Of a DNA stretch of 64,000 bases, positions 44,042-57,065 are shown piece by piece. The notes beneath the pieces are model-generated. The model was given only the letters and a program-made list of their open reading frames with translations, was not told where the DNA came from and did no database searches. The stretch spans positions 55,924,001-55,988,000 of the forward strand of contig OX597826.1 of the NCBI GenBank assembly GCA_951406725.2, given 5' to 3'. Within the stretch, counting starts at the first letter, position 1. Every line of letters starts with the position of its first letter. The translations under genes and the position numbers were made by a program. The DNA comes from Octopus vulgaris (lineage: Eukaryota).

Positions 44042-44119
44042 CAACTCGTACCGCGGTTTCTGCTTCTTTCTAGCAAAACACAGAATATGTTTGCTAAGGC
44101 CAGCTTCATCAGCGAGTCG
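44042..44119 (-). ncRNA. Type I hammerhead ribozyme (copy 2)
   Basis: Reverse complement of 44538-44615; 445 bp from copy 1. Confidence 0.85.
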
Positions 44120-44537
44120 CCTGAATTTAATCGAGGTCTGCAGCGATGTGGGACTATGTGTTAAACCCGACTACTAGCAGATCTTAACTTTTTTGATTTT
44201 CACTCTCGATAAATTCATCCCCTTTTTGTGTTCCCAGTACTCGGCATCTTTATTTAGGAGCCCTTAATTGTATAACTACATGAATAATATTTTTCTATAT
44301 GAATAATATTTTTGTCTTATGACTAATTCGTCTTTTGTGTTGGGCACCTGGTAGTAAATAATATTACTACCCTTCTTGTTTATATTCGCATACTACATGA
44401 TGAATTTATTCGTAAAATTCTTCCCGGCATGCCCGTGTAAATTTTGCGTCTGCACAGAGATTTGAAAAGTTAAGATCTGCTAGTAGTCGGGTTTAACACA
44501 TAGTCCCACATCGCTGCAGACCTCGATTAAATTCAGG

Positions 44538-44615
44538 CGACTCGCTGATGAAGCTGGCCTTAGCAAACATATTCTGTGTTTTGCTAGAAAGAAGCAGAAA
44601 CCGCGGTACGAGTTG
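44538..44615 (+). ncRNA. Type I hammerhead ribozyme (copy 3)
   Basis: Helix I CGACUCG/CGAGUUG (7 bp); core CUGAUGA 44545-51; helix II GCU..UAGCAAA/UUUGCUA..AGC; GAAA 44597-600; palindromic helix III ACCGCGGU; predicted cleavage GUA after 44608. Confidence 0.88.
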
Positions 44616-44824
44616 TTAAAGTTATCGGTAAACGTTTTTGATTTTCACTCTCGATAAATTCATCCCCTTTTGTGTTCCCAGCACTCGGCATCTTTATTTA
44701 GGAGCCCTTAATTGTATATATATATATATATATTTATTATATTATATTATGTTATATTATATTATACTATATATATATATAAATATATTTATATATATAA
44801 TGTGTATGCATATATATATGTATG

Positions 44825-44858
<34 letters not shown>

Positions 44859-45357
44859 TGTATGTATGTATGTATGTATGTAGTAATATGTATATATGTA
44901 TGTATGTATGTATATATTGCTTCATGGAAACTATACAACTTTAACGTGCGTGTGTATGTGTATGTGAGTGCGTGTGCATGTTTTAGTACTTTAAATGTTT
45001 CATTGAATTATGACCAAGCTAGAGCTCCAGTTGGCATTCAAATGTAAACATAAACCAAAATATGCAGGCGTTGGCATATTTCTTAATAGGTAAAGCCCTG
45101 CAATGCCCAGGACTTTTAGCAAATTCAGCCATATTTCAGACCTTAATGCCTAAACGTTGTAAATTAAAGACTGGATTACGTTCGTGACATTATTTTCAGC
45201 AGACAAAAGCCTTCAACAACCAGCATTATAATTTAGTGAACGGAAAAAGAAACGTAAATATCTTCCTCAGTTAATTGGTTAATTTAATGAATGTTTTAAC
45301 ACATTGTTAAGAATTACTTTAATTAATTCAGTAATGCACAATCAAGAACTATATCAG

Positions 45358-45530
45358 CTAAAAGAAACATGATTTACGTGCCGTCTTTGAGGTAAATGTT
45401 TTTATTGTTTCACTAGAATCGATCTTCTCAGCCAGTTCATTCTCAAGACTAAAGAATGCTGGGTCACTTAGTCTTTCCTGTGTCATCGTGTTCTTCAAGA
45501 AGTTATCGAGTTTTAATTTCTCAGCAGTTC
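45358..45530 (-). mobile_element. hAT transposase C-terminal dimerisation-domain fragment
   Basis: AEKLKLDNFLKNTMTQERLSDPAFFSLENELAEKIDSSETIKTFTSKTARK resembles KLKLIKNYLRSTM.QERL..LA.LSIE....ID...I..FA..KARK. Confidence 0.75.
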
Positions 45531-45565
45531 TAATATTAACTAGATTGTACAACATATTGGAGAGT

Positions 45566-45772
45566 AATACCTATTTCTTTACTACCCAAAAGGGGCTAAA
45601 CACAGAGAGGACAAACAAGGACAGACAAAGGGATTAAGTCCATTATATCGACCCCAGTGTGTAACTGGTCCTTAATTTATCGACCCCGAAAGGATAAAAG
45701 GTAAAGTCGACCTCGGCGGAATTTGAACTCAGAACGTAGCGGCAGACGAAATACCGCAAAGCATTTCACCCA
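45566..45772 (-). mobile_element. SINE family B single unit, 5'-truncated
   Basis: Reverse match to the 184-bp unit; tail followed by GGTATT. Confidence 0.85.
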
Positions 45773-47719
45773 ACCTGCATTTGGTGAAATGTCGTGTAGC
45801 TTGCAATTTTTTTATAGCGTTTGTATTCTCCCTTCTTTCTGTTTTAGTGTGACATCCTTGCGAGGGAGTGACAGAAAGAGAGTTTGGCAAGGCCGAAACG
45901 TGAAATCTTTCTTGGTCCATTCGTGTAACTTAGCAGAGGAGAAACTCCCCCACTACCACTACAACCAGTAATTCACTGGTATTTTAATAACCAGCCACAT
46001 AAAAATAAAAGGCAAAATCAACATGGTGGGGATTTGAACTCAAAGAGAAGAGAGTCGGTACAAATACTGCTCTAATAACTACAAATTCGCCAACACCTTC
46101 CATTGATTCTAAGAGGTCATCTGGGTATATTGCAAGCTTCCTTTTCTGTTACGCTTCGAAATTTTTAAACGACTTCTCTCAGTTTGAAGTAAAACTTGTA
46201 AGTAATTTTTCTACAATTACAAACACAAAACTAGGAGTCTGCAGGTTTAAAATTTATTTCCACCCACACTGCGAGCTTTTTTCCAACCCTTGAAGGATCC
46301 AGAGGTTAGAAAACAAGCATTTATAAGTGATGTGAGCGAGAGATTGTCCATGAAGGCTTTGATGAGTGCTTGCCTCTTTTCTGGCTTGCTGACTTACCCA
46401 GAATGTTCATTATTAAACAAAACAAAAAAAAAAATAATTTTAAAATTTAAAAAAAAGAAAAGAAAGAGAGATAGAGGGAGAGAGAGTCACCAATGTAGTA
46501 GTGTCGTATTAGGTGATTAACCGTTTTTCCATATCGTGTCAGTCTGATATCAGCTGGCCAGGAGAAACTGTGTATACTGTGATAGCACTAGATAAGGTAT
46601 TCTAACCTTTGGAAGTACATGATATCTCTTTAATACAATTTCGAACAGCATGTATCTTATGGAGCCATAACCGCTGGTCAAATTTGCGTATTTCAGACAA
46701 AATAGGAACACCTGGCTCGCTTTTTTTCGGTACTGACGTGTCTATAAAATCGTTTCATCTGAAAATAATTAGAGTGTCTAAGAGACAACAAAGAAGAAAA
46801 TCTTGCTCTCCGTGTGAGGCAAAAAGATGACCTAAAATTGGTTGATGTTCATAGCTTTCTTCTCTTCAAACATTCTTCCACCATATCTCCATGACTGGCT
46901 GATCTTTTCTTCACACACGCACAGAGAAGGTAACATTTTAGAGTCCTCCAAAGTAGTCCTTAAAGACTAGGTGAAATACTCCACTTTCTTTAAATCTTCA
47001 CATATCTATTAATTCATTTACATCTTCTTTTCTTACTGTTCTATCTTTTTTTATCTTTCTTTCCTTATGTCTTTCCTGCAAAGATCATATGCATTCCAGC
47101 AGTGTCAACTCTCTTCTGTTTTGTTTTATATTTTGTAATTTTTTTGTATATTATGGACCAATACGTTACCCTTATCAGGTTAGATAAAATAAGTACCAGT
47201 CATACACTGGGGTCCAAAGCTGGCCAGGATTTCGTTTCTTCTTTCCATTGTCTGTATCTCATTCAAGTGAAATTCGTGCGGTTCGGCAAAAGTGATTGAT
47301 ACAATAGGTACTAGGTTTACAAAGAATAAGTTCTGGGGCCAGTCTCTTCGACTAAAGGAGGTGCTCCAGCATGGCCACACTCAAATGACTGAAACGTGTA
47401 AAAGAGTAAAAGAGTATATACAATACATATATATATTTATATATATATGTAAATATATATGTACATATATATGTAAATATATACATGTATGTATATATAT
47501 ATATATACATACATATACGTGTGTCTGTGGCGCACGTGTGTGTTTCTGTCTGTATGTATGTGTGTGTGCGTGTATCTGTGAGTGTGTGTGTGTGCCTGGG
47601 TGTGTGCGTACTTGGGTGTGTATTCAAAAAATGTCTTTTTAAGTCTCTTTTATTGTCGTTATAAAATTCTAGGATTGAAAATATTCGTTATAACGCATAA
47701 TTCGTTATATAAGCATCTG

Positions 47720-48895
<1,176 letters not shown>

Positions 48896-48987
48896 CTTTA
48901 AAATGTCACATACCACACACCACACAAATTCGCTAGAATGGAGATGCAGATGTTCCTATACACATACATCCTTGCATAAATACATAT

Positions 48988-49024
<37 letters not shown>

Positions 49025-49196
49025 TGTATATATATATATATATATACATATATATGTATGTGTGTATGTATATGTATATGTATTTATGCGAGGATGCATG
49101 TGTATAGGAACATCTGCATCTGCATGTATATATATATATATATATACATATATATGTATATATATATATATATGCACATATATATACACACACACA

Positions 49197-49229
<33 letters not shown>

Positions 49230-49437
49230 TTAACGAAGCGTGACGTCTATAGGATTACGGCCGTTTCGCAATATTCTTCATGCAGTATTAATTTCAGTAT
49301 GATTATGTGTGTGTCTGTGTGTGTGTGCGTGTGTGTGTGTGTGTGTGCATATGCACGTGCTTTTGTGTGTGCAAGTGTATTTGTACGAGTAAATTAAAAT
49401 GCGCGAGATTGTATTTGTGTGTGTATGTGCGTGTATC

Positions 49438-49480
<43 letters not shown>

Positions 49481-49551
49481 ATATGTTTTTGCATGTATAG
49501 ACACACAGACACACACACGCACATACATACACACACATATAGACAAGCATC

Positions 49552-49607
<56 letters not shown>

Positions 49608-50510
49608 TTAATGTTTGTATCTACGTAACACTTTATGCAAATGTGTCATTTCATTTTATTTAAAATCTCGTCATGGTAACATTTGCGTAGTATCCTAAAT
49701 GTGATTAGAAAAACGTGTGAATATCTATGAAAAGTCATACATCCACAAATATGTGGATTCGAACAGTGTGTATAGGTGAGTATAAGCATATATATGTGTA
49801 TGTGTGTGTATAGTTATATACACACACATACATACATACATACATACATACATACATACATACATACATACATACATGCATACATACATACATACATACA
49901 TATATGCTTTAGCGATCGCACATACAGAACAAATGTGGTTATTTGGATACGCCAAATTTGCAGCAAAATGGCGTTTCGGAGAAGCCTCTCCTATTAACAC
50001 TGGTGTGAAACTCCTGAACGTCATAACCCAAGCGAGACAACTCGCCTTGGATCGAGTCAACAGTGATGCATGCAGATATTTATATATATGTATATAAATA
50101 TGCGTGTATGCATGTGTGTGTGTCTGTGTGTATAGATAGATAGATGGATAGATAGATAGATAGCGACAGAGAGAGAGAGATACATGTAAACTGATATGCA
50201 CGCATACTTATACATAAACATACATACATACATAATACATACATGCATACATACATACATACATACATGCATATATACATACATGCATAGATACATATAT
50301 ACATACATATATACATACATACATGCATACATACATAATACATACATGCATACATACATACATACATAATACATACATACATACATATATAATATATATA
50401 TGCATACATACATACATACTACATACGTGCAAACGTACATACATACATACATACATACATACATACATACATACATACATACATACATACATACATACAT
50501 ACATACATAC

Positions 50511-50735
50511 TTACCACAAACATGCAGACATACCAATCTGAAGAAATTAGGTTGCTCAAAACTAGAAAAGAAAAAGCTGATTCGAAGACTTCAGATCCAA
50601 TCCATCACCGGAACTGTAAAAATCTGTAAAACTTTCCAGAAGTTTGTCATTTTAGTATATAAGAGCATGTCTAGATATGCAAGTATATGCATGAGAAGAC
50701 ATACATAAAACAAAACATATCAATCTGCATGTAAA
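50511..50735 (+). mobile_element. Putative RLE non-LTR retrotransposon 3' end within (TACA)n
   Basis: TNLKKLGCSKLEKKKLIRRLQIQSITGTVKICKTFQKF resembles the Dong/R4 terminal Q....GT..I motif; (TACA)n on both sides. Confidence 0.55.
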
Positions 50736-51502
50736 CATACATACATACATACATACATACATACATACATACATACATGCATACGTACATACACACATAC
50801 ATACATACATACACAGATACATACATATACACATATATATACATATATGTATATATACATATATATATATATACATATATATATATGTATATATATATGT
50901 ATGTATGTACATACATACATGCATGCTAACATACATACATACACACACAAACATACATACACACACATACATACATACATACATAAATACATACATACAC
51001 TCACATGCTTACACACACATATATACATATATACAAACATACATACTACATATGTACATACACTGACATACCTGCATGCACACATACGTACATACATACA
51101 CACGCATACATACATACACACACATACATTCATACCAGCATACTAACATACATACATAGACACACATACGTTCATACATACATACATATACATACATGCA
51201 CATATACATACATACACACACATGCACACATACATACATACATACATATACACTTACATACATACACACACATACACACACACATACACTCATACACACA
51301 TACATACATACATTCATACATACATACATACATACATACATACATACATGCCTATGGATATGCGTAATTCTCTGCAAAACTGAAGTACTCGAGCGCATGT
51401 TCAATCGCGTATAAGTTGTTATGTATGTAGATTAGAATTGAAACCCAGTCATTGTTTTCGGAAAATCTGCATAGGATATGGTAAACACACATATGTCTAA
51501 TT

Positions 51503-51658
51503 GCGTGGCCGTATGGTAAGAAGTTTGCTTCCCAACCATGTGATTCCGGGTTCCGTCGTACGGTGCATCACATGGGGCAAGTGTCTTCTACTATAGCCTT
51601 TGGTAGACCAAATCCTTGTGAGTGGGTCTGGTAGACGGAAACTGAAAGAAGCCCGTCG
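51503..51658 (+). mobile_element. SINE family A 5' half
   Basis: GCGTGGCCGTATGGTAAG..GGTAGACGGAAACTGAAAGAAGCCCGTCG; ends where the hammerhead insertion begins. Confidence 0.75.
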
Positions 51659-51660
51659 CA

Positions 51661-52030
51661 CATCCATATTTTATTATACAGTTATTTGCAGTCTTGCCTT
51701 AGACCCTGAAGATGTTGCACCGACAATTAACGCCATAATGCACACGTAACTGTATGCAGCGTTTGCAGTCGAAACGGGCGTAGGGAAGATTGCTTTAAAT
51801 AACTGTATAATAAAATACGGATGTTTAAATCTCCTTATCAATTTGATTATTTACTGCTTGGCCCTAAAAGGATACTCGGATTTACCAAACGAGGAAAATA
51901 ACCGAGTCTAGTAAATTATCACTAACTTGAGCATCACCAACATAGGCTCTGGCTAACTAGCATTGAGAACCGATCTAAGAATTAACACCGTAGGGGCCAG
52001 GATTATATATTCCTTCAAACCATTTTCGGA

Positions 52031-52031
<1 letters not shown>
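51661..52031 (+). mobile_element. Penelope-like/retrozyme-like fragment with hammerhead and short inverted 5' copy
   Basis: 27-bp inverted repeat at 51661-51687 / 51797-51823 enclosing CC-CTGAAGA..TGCA..TGCA..GAAAC-GGGC-GTA-GG. Confidence 0.6.
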
Positions 52032-52067
<36 letters not shown>

Positions 52068-52131
52068 ACACACACACTCACACACACTCACACACAGACA
52101 CACACATATCTCTTCTTGAGATTTTATAAGC

Positions 52132-52184
<53 letters not shown>

Positions 52185-52187
<3 letters not shown>

Positions 52188-52399
52188 TTGTTTCAGTCAT
52201 TTTACTGTGGCCATGCTGGTGCATCCCCTTTATACGAGCAAATCGACCCCAGGACTTATTCTTTGTAAGCCTAGTACTTATTCTATGGGTCTCTTTTGCC
52301 GGACCGCTAAGTTTCGGGGACGTAAACACACCAGCATCAGTTGTCAAGCGAAGTTGGTGGGACAAACACAGACACACAAACATACACACATACACACAG

Positions 52400-52432
<33 letters not shown>

Positions 52433-52590
52433 CATATATACGACGTGCTTCTTTCAGTTTCCGTCTACCAAATCTACTCACAAGGCTTTGGTCGGCCCGG
52501 GGCTATAGCAGAAGGTGCTACACAGTGGGACTGAACCCGGAACCATGTGGTTCGTAAGCAAGCTACTTACTACACAGCCACTCCTACGCC
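52185..52590 (-). mobile_element. SINE family A
   Basis: Reverse match with a small internal deletion. Confidence 0.9.
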
Positions 52591-53298
52591 TATATATATA
52601 TATATATATTACATATACATGCACGTACATTTACATACACATGCAAGTCAGTAATGTAGTTGGACGCATACCCGTGTCTGCCTGCGCCTGTGTATGTGTG
52701 TGAGAGAAGGAAAGTGTGCATATGAAAGTGTGTATATGTCAGCGCGCGCGCGCGCACGCGGATGTGTGCTTGTGTTCGCGCGTGCGTATATAGATGTCAT
52801 AGGTCAACTTCAAGCCGGGTTCACAAAGGTTACTCAACATCAATAACAAAAAAGGAAAAAAAAAAAACAATAAACATAAAAACCACCACAACAACAGCAA
52901 CAGTATCACTACGACTACCACCACCACCGCCGCCACCACCACCACCACCAACAACAACAACAGCAGCACCAACAACAACCACACCAAAACGAAAGTCTCT
53001 ATGAAAAACACTGTTATCACCTGCGCACTAACGATCTAATTGTAAAGAAGAGAGATGGCTGAATTCATGATGAATTGATGAATAAATAATGAAACGTTGT
53101 ACAAACTTTTACAAAATTTATGATAATTCCTACATAAATAACAGAATAAAGAAAATGTTTTCATCATATTCACTACCATTGATTTTATTGCTGTCATTGT
53201 TCTTGCGGTTGCCGTTGTCGACATCGTCGTCGTCGTTGTTGTTGTTGTTCTTATTAATATAATTGTTATTGCTGTTATGGCGTCGGATTCGCAAATTC

Positions 53299-54670
53299 TG
53301 TAGAGCGATGGGTGAGACACCATAGAATGGTAGTATTATTTAGCTGTGTGTCTTCACGTTTCGGAGTTCAGTTTCCACTTGAGTGCACGGTAGAGCGATG
53401 GGTGTTTAGCTGTGTCTCTTCACGTTTCGGAGTTCAGTATCCACTTGGGTTCACGGTAGAGCAGGCAGAAACGTTAGCACAACGGGCGAAATGCTTAGCG
53501 GTATTGTGTCTGTCGTTGCGTTCTGAGTTCAAATTCCGCCGAGGTCGACTTTGCCTTTCATCCTTTCGGGGTCGATAAATTAAGTACCAGTTACGCACTG
53601 GGGTCGATGTAATCGACTTAATCCGTTTGTCTGTCCTTGTTTGTCCCCTCTATGTTTAGTCCCTTGTGGCCAATAAAGAAACAGATGGGTGAAATATCGT
53701 AAAGTGTTAGTGTTGTTTAGTTGTTTCTCTTCACGTTACGGAGTTCAGTATCCACTTGGGTTCACGGTAGAGCGATGGGTGAAACATCGTAAAGTGTTAG
53801 TGTTGTTTAGCTGTTTATCTTCACGTTACGGAGTTCAGTATCCACTTGGGTTCACGGTAGAGTGATGGGTGAAACATCGTAAAGTGTTAGTGTTGTTTAG
53901 CTGTGTGTCTTCACGTTACGGAGTTCAGTATCCACTTGGGTTCACGGTAGAGCGATGGGTGAAATATCGTAAAGTGTTAGTGTTGTTTAGCTGTTTCTCT
54001 TCACGTTACGGAGTTCAGTATCCACTTGGGTTCACGGTAGAGCGATGGGTAAAACATTGTAAATTGTTAGTGTTGTTTAGCTGTGTCTCTTTACTTTCGA
54101 GTTCAGTATCCACTTGGATTCACGGTAGAGCGATGGGTGAAACATCGTAAAGTGTTAGTGTTGTTTAGCTGTGTGTCTTCACGTTTCGGGGTTCAGTTTC
54201 CACTTGGGTTCACGGTAGAGCGAAGGGTGAAACACCGTAAAGTGTTAGTATTGTTTAGCTGTGTATCTTCACTTTTCGGAGTTCAGTTGCTACTTGGATG
54301 CACGGTATGACGAGGGGAGAGACTCCAAAAAAATGGTAGTAGTGTTTAACTGTGTGTCTTCACGTTTCAGAGTTCAATTGCCACGGTGGAGCGATGGGCG
54401 AATCACCATTAAGTAATAATTAGTTGTGTATCTTCATGATTCGGAATTCAGTCTCCACTTGGGTGCATGGTAGAGTAATGGTTGAAATACCATCAAGTGT
54501 TAGTATTCTTTAGCTGTGTGTCTTCAGGTTTCAGAGCTTAATTGTCACTTGGGTACACGGTAGAGCGATGGGCGAATCACTGTGAAGTAATAGCATTGTT
54601 TAGCTGTGTGTCTTCGCGTTTCGGTGTTCTATTGTCTCTTGGATTCGCGGTAATTTTCATCCTTCAAAGG
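53299..54670 (+). repeat. 90-bp minisatellite (about 12-13 units), with a SINE B copy inserted at 53462-53683
   Basis: AAAGTGTTAGTGTTGTTTAG recurs at 53701, 53791, 53881, 53971 and (with one mismatch) 54061; central units near identical, distal units diverged. Confidence 0.9.
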
Positions 54671-55305
54671 GTGCACAAAATAATTAGATAAGTAAATAAT
54701 TTCGAAAAAGAGTTATGACCTGGGAATTAGGATGCAAGGGATGATCTTAATCGGTATAATCTATACCCTCCAAAAATTTGAATCCTTGTGTATTGATTTT
54801 AGAAATAATAATCATCATCATTGTCCTACTCAAGATCGTCAACGTCCTCCTCATCATCATTATCTTCGTCATCGACATCGCTATCATCATTGTTGTAGTC
54901 GTGGCCATCGCCGTCGTGATCGTCATCGTTGTTACTTGCATTATCATCGCCATCATCATCATCATCATCGTCATCGTCATCACCACCATCATCATGGCAG
55001 CTATTATTGTAGTGATTGTTTGCGGAGTGTGTCGATATTTGTTTAGTTCCATTATTGAATTTCTCTCCAACACTGTTTGCTGAAGAGACGATAAATTATA
55101 CATCAACGCTGGACAGCAAAATATTCAGGGTTCCGTTAATTAATGTTACACCCGGGATGGATCAATCTCAAGGGTGCCCTCAATATTATAAGGATGAGCG
55201 TCCAATCAAAAACATTATTTACTGTGTCAACTATTCCAGTAATCCAAAGAGTCCTTCCAACTGACACTTTAGATCTTAGAACCAATTTTAGTCATTAGAT
55301 TCGGC

Positions 55306-55358
<53 letters not shown>

Positions 55359-55425
55359 GTGGAGTTAAAACTTACTTGGAAATGGATGCGAGGCGTTCAA
55401 TCATATAATAATATAATAATTATAT

Positions 55426-55479
<54 letters not shown>

Positions 55480-55612
55480 CGGTTACTTAGCGGTTCGGCA
55501 AAAGAGACCGATAGAAGAAGTACTGGGCTTACAAAAGAATAAGTCCCGGGGTCGAGTTGCTCGATTAAAGGCGGTGCTCCACCATGGACGCAGTCAAATG
55601 ACTGAAACAAGT

Positions 55613-55678
<66 letters not shown>

Positions 55679-55730
55679 CATACATATATGTACATTGATA
55701 TTTATGTATGTATATACACATTCATATTTA

Positions 55731-55952
55731 GGCACGGGACGTCACAGAACGTAAACAACATGAAATACGAAAACTTTTTTTTGCAAATGGCGAAAGAAAC
55801 AAATGGAAAAAAAGGCAAGCAACATAAAGAACGACGCTTCATCGGTTGTTGGCTGTTTGTCGTGAATTGCTCGAAATACGGAGTAGAAAAACAAAGTTCG
55901 TATTCCATGTTTTCGTATTTCATGTTGTTAACGTTCACTGACGTCCTGTGCC
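55731..55952. mobile_element. Small fold-back insertion with 44-bp imperfect terminal inverted repeats in a TA-rich microsatellite
   Basis: GGCACGGGACGTCACAGAACGTAAACAACATGAAATACGAAAAC / GTTTTCGTATTTCATGTTGTTAACGTTCACTGACGTCCTGTGCC. Confidence 0.7.
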
Positions 55953-56023
55953 CACATATGCATATGTATATACGTATATATGTAACTATGTACATATATG
56001 TATATATGCATATATATACTATT

Positions 56024-56067
<44 letters not shown>

Positions 56068-56174
56068 ATATATGTATATATATATATACAAATATATGTA
56101 ATATATAAATATACAGATATATTTATATATATATATACATGCATACTTATATATGTATACACACGCACATATCT

Positions 56175-56568
56175 TTTGTCTTTTATCTGTTACCTGTTTC
56201 AGTCATTTGAGTGCGGCCATGCTGGGGTACCACGTTGAATTTGTAGTCGACTGAATCGACCCACCCCGGCACTTATTTTTTAAGCATGGTACTTATTCCA
56301 TCGGTCTGTTTTGCCGAACCGCTAGAATACGGGGACGTAACACACGAACACCAATTGTCTTGTGGTGATGGGGGAACAAATGGTGACACACACACATAGA
56401 TGCATATATATATATACGACTGGCTTCTTTCAGTTTCCGTTAACCAAATCCACTCACAAGGCCCGAGGCTATAGTGAAAGACACTTGATCAAGGTGTCAC
56501 ACAGTGGGACTGAAACTGGAACCATGTGGTTAAGATTCAACCTTGTTGCCACACAAACACTTCTGCAC

Positions 56569-56570
<2 letters not shown>
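56175..56570 (-). mobile_element. SINE family A, diverged
   Basis: Reverse match to family A head, body and tail. Confidence 0.8.
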
Positions 56571-56621
<51 letters not shown>

Positions 56622-56663
56622 CATATATATTTATATTTTATATATATATATATGTAGAGAGAG

Positions 56664-56718
<55 letters not shown>

Positions 56719-57003
56719 CATATATATTGTTCTGGTCTTTGCCGGCGTCACACGTAATCTAAAAGTCTATTTTTCAGCTTAGCTCAAAATGCCTGGGTAT
56801 ATTCGTCACTGAAGAGACCAAACGAGGTCAAAACTGCGTATCTTACGATACTCTGATCGAGTCTTATGTCTATTCAATTCACAAGTGTCTTTTAAAAAGT
56901 TTACTCACGACAAAATATTTCACTAGTATCAGACCATGTTTGTATGTATGATATGAATATTATACACTTCGTAACTTCAATCAATTGCGACGTTGTTTCC
57001 TTC

Positions 57004-57065
<62 letters not shown>

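Larger units (their letters stand above)
43383..44718. mobile_element. Retrozyme / Penelope-pLTR-like non-coding element: 445-bp unit x1.8 tandem (minus) + x1.2 inverted (plus), inside (TA)n
   Basis: AAACAAGAAGGGTAG at 43386 and 43831 (period 445); inversion junction at about 44190-44194; copies near identical; three hammerheads; (TA)n on both flanks. Confidence 0.85.

Noticed and set aside
53299-54670. CRISPR-like regular array
   Set aside because: Units are contiguous with no unique spacers, there are no cas genes, and the context is eukaryotic.
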